From Christensenella sp. UBA5489 (GTDB lineage Bacteria > Bacillota > Clostridia > Christensenellales > UBA1242): a stretch of 64,000 bases of DNA. Of this stretch, positions 62,390 to 64,000 are shown piece by piece. The notes below the pieces were generated by a model. The model saw nothing but the letters and a program-made list of their open reading frames with translations. It did not search any database and had not been told where the DNA came from. The translations under genes were made by a program, and so were the position numbers. Within the stretch, counting starts at the first letter, position 1; each line of letters opens with the position of its first letter. The stretch is taken from NCBI GenBank assembly GCA_002424095.1, contig DIPL01000014.1, positions 27,386-91,385 of the forward strand, read 5' to 3'.

Positions 62390-64000
62390 ATGACAAATGA
62401 AAAAATCGATAATTTTGAAGAAGTAGATTTTAGAAATAAAAAAGTTTCTGCAATAAGTCTTGGTTGTGATAAAAACAGAGTGGACTTAGAGCATATGCTT
62501 TTTTCATTACAAACTTCGGGATTTGAAATTGTTTCAGATATTGAAGGTGCAGATATAATAATTGTCAATACTTGTGCTTTCATAAAGCCTGCCATTGACG
62601 AAACTGTTGATAATATAAATTTGGCAATAAAACAAAAAATCATTGGAAGTGCTGAGAAAATAATTGTATCAGGTTGCTATCCTCAGAGGAATATAGAAAA
62701 ACTTGGAAATGCTTTTCCGCAGGTTGATTGTTTTTTGCCTCTTAATCAAAATTGCAACATTGTAAATGTTATTAAAAATTTATATTCGTCAAATATTACA
62801 AATTGCACCGCAGTAAATAATTTTTTATTAAACTCAAAAGATGCTTCAAGTAAGTTTATAGGCGGTGCTGCGGGAAGAGTTATAACCCATAATGGAATGT
62901 ATGCTTATTTAAAAATTGCAGATGGTTGTTCAAATGGCTGTGCTTATTGCACGATTCCTAAAATAAGAGGACGTTTTCGCTCAGTTCCTATGGACAATTT
63001 AATAAAGGAGGCAAAAACTCTTGCTCAAAATGGTTATAAGGAATTGATTTTAGTTGCACAAGATACGGCAAAATATGGCGATGATGTTTACGGAGAACCA
63101 AAACTTATTGAACTTTTAAAGAATTTAATAAAAATCAAAGACTTAGAATGGATTCGTTTGCAATATGTCTATCCGAAATGGCTCAATGACGAACTTTTGA
63201 ATTTTATTGCAACAGAGGAAAAAATGTGTAAATACATAGATATGCCTTTGCAACATATTGACGATGAAATTTTAAGAGCAATGAACCGAAAGTCAAATGA
63301 GCAGCAAACACTTGCACTTTTAAACAAAATAAAAATAAATTATCCTCAAATTATTTTAAGAAGCACATTTATTATTGGTTTGCCGGGCGAAACAAAGCAA
63401 AAATTTAATAAACTTTGTGATTTTATTTCCAAAGGAATAATTGATTATGCAACTTTTTTTCCTTATTATAGAGAAGTTGGCACAAAAGCATATTATATGA
63501 AAAAACAAGTCTTTGATTGGGTAAAGAAAAAAAGAATAAAAAAAATCACAAAAATTCAAAATATTGTTATGAATTTAAATAATCAGAAAAAACTTGGATT
63601 GGTGGAAGAAGTGTTGATTGATGAGTATTTCCCACAGCAAAAAATTTTTAAAGGACATAGTAAAAACAATTCGCCAAATATAGATTTATGTGTTATAATT
63701 GATAAAAATTATGATGAGATTGAAAAAGGCGAAAGTGCTGAAAAAGAAGAACAAACAGAGCAAAACGCAAATAAATCTTGTATAAACCATACTACTATGA
63801 ATTTAGAAAACGAACAAGCAGAAAAAAAGACAGAAATCGACAGTGAAAAAAACGCAGGTGCAAAAAATATATTTACACGATATAAAAATAAAGTTAAATC
63901 TTTTGTTGAAAGAAATGTTAGAAAGATGTTTAATAAAAAAGGTGAAACAGATTTTAATAATTTAATTGAAGAGGCAGAAGAAAAAGAAAAAATCCAGGTT
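62390..64000 (+). CDS. rimO: Radical-SAM methylthiotransferase, RimO-like (ribosomal protein S12 methylthiotransferase); 3' end runs off the window
   Basis: Not in the ORF track because there is no stop within the window; I translated the frame by hand from ATG 62390 to 64000 and found no stop. It has LGCDKNRVDLEHM, the radical-SAM box CSNGCAYCTIP and a TRAM-like region, then a K/E/N-rich extension. Confidence 0.7.
   Translation, partial: MTNEKIDNFEEVDFRNKKVSAISLGCDKNRVDLEHMLFSLQTSGFEIVSDIEGADIIIVNTCAFIKPAIDETVDNINLAIKQKIIGSAEKIIVSGCYPQRNIEKLGNAFPQVDCFLPLNQNCNIVNVIKNLYSSNITNCTAVNNFLLNSKDASSKFIGGAAGRVITHNGMYAYLKIADGCSNGCAYCTIPKIRGRFRSVPMDNLIKEAKTLAQNGYKELILVAQDTAKYGDDVYGEPKLIELLKNLIKIKDLEWIRLQYVYPKWLNDELLNFIATEEKMCKYIDMPLQHIDDEILRAMNRKSNEQQTLALLNKIKINYPQIILRSTFIIGLPGETKQKFNKLCDFISKGIIDYATFFPYYREVGTKAYYMKKQVFDWVKKKRIKKITKIQNIVMNLNNQKKLGLVEEVLIDEYFPQQKIFKGHSKNNSPNIDLCVIIDKNYDEIEKGESAEKEEQTEQNANKSCINHTTMNLENEQAEKKTEIDSEKNAGAKNIFTRYKNKVKSFVERNVRKMFNKKGETDFNNLIEEAEEKEKIQV

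Overview
Identifications come from motif recognition by eye and the supplied ORF track; no searches or computations were run. The window is visibly AT-rich (roughly 30% GC by eye) and looks like chromosomal core from an endospore-forming, Clostridia-like Firmicute. It holds about 60 protein genes, mostly on the + strand, and three dispersed tRNA genes (Leu-UAA, Cys-GCA, Gly-GCC, all on the - strand). I saw no rRNA, CRISPR array, transposase, integrase or phage genes. Housekeeping genes: prmC (5'-partial), tyrS, recX, acpS, an MtaD-like amidohydrolase, clpC, hpf, an nfeD/SPFH pair, a YycJ-like MBL hydrolase plus an HtrA-like protease, an S8 peptidase, ADP-forming acetyl-CoA synthetase, murG, ftsH, an asnB-like gene, thrS, mnmA, secD, secF, rsmA, prfA, an O-methyltransferase, trxB, ftsK/spoIIIE and rimO (3'-partial). 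Sporulation genes: dpaA-dpaB-asd-dapA with a convergent aspartokinase, a possible ytxC-like gene, spoIIAA-spoIIAB-sigF, spoVAC-spoVAD-spoVAE and yunB. The items most worth a second look are (1) an orphan 73-aa protein with 17 cysteines; (2) a 993-aa asparagine-dominated lipoprotein sitting in reverse between the sigF and spoVA operons, plus a smaller N/G-rich relative; (3) a GGGtGRT plus NifU-like operon of unknown function; (4) an apparent DUF1385-PrmC fusion unlinked from prfA; (5) an AsnB homologue with Ser in place of the N-terminal catalytic Cys; (6) an orphan two-gene operon behind a near-consensus promoter; (7) a catalytically degenerate ABC ATPase with a small HTH partner. There are also several regulatory oddities: a probable leaderless mRNA, tyrS and thrS without T-box leaders, perfect palindromes and tandem repeats in promoter regions. 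None of these amounts to a recognisable defence, toxin or mobile system, and the functional readings are hypotheses.
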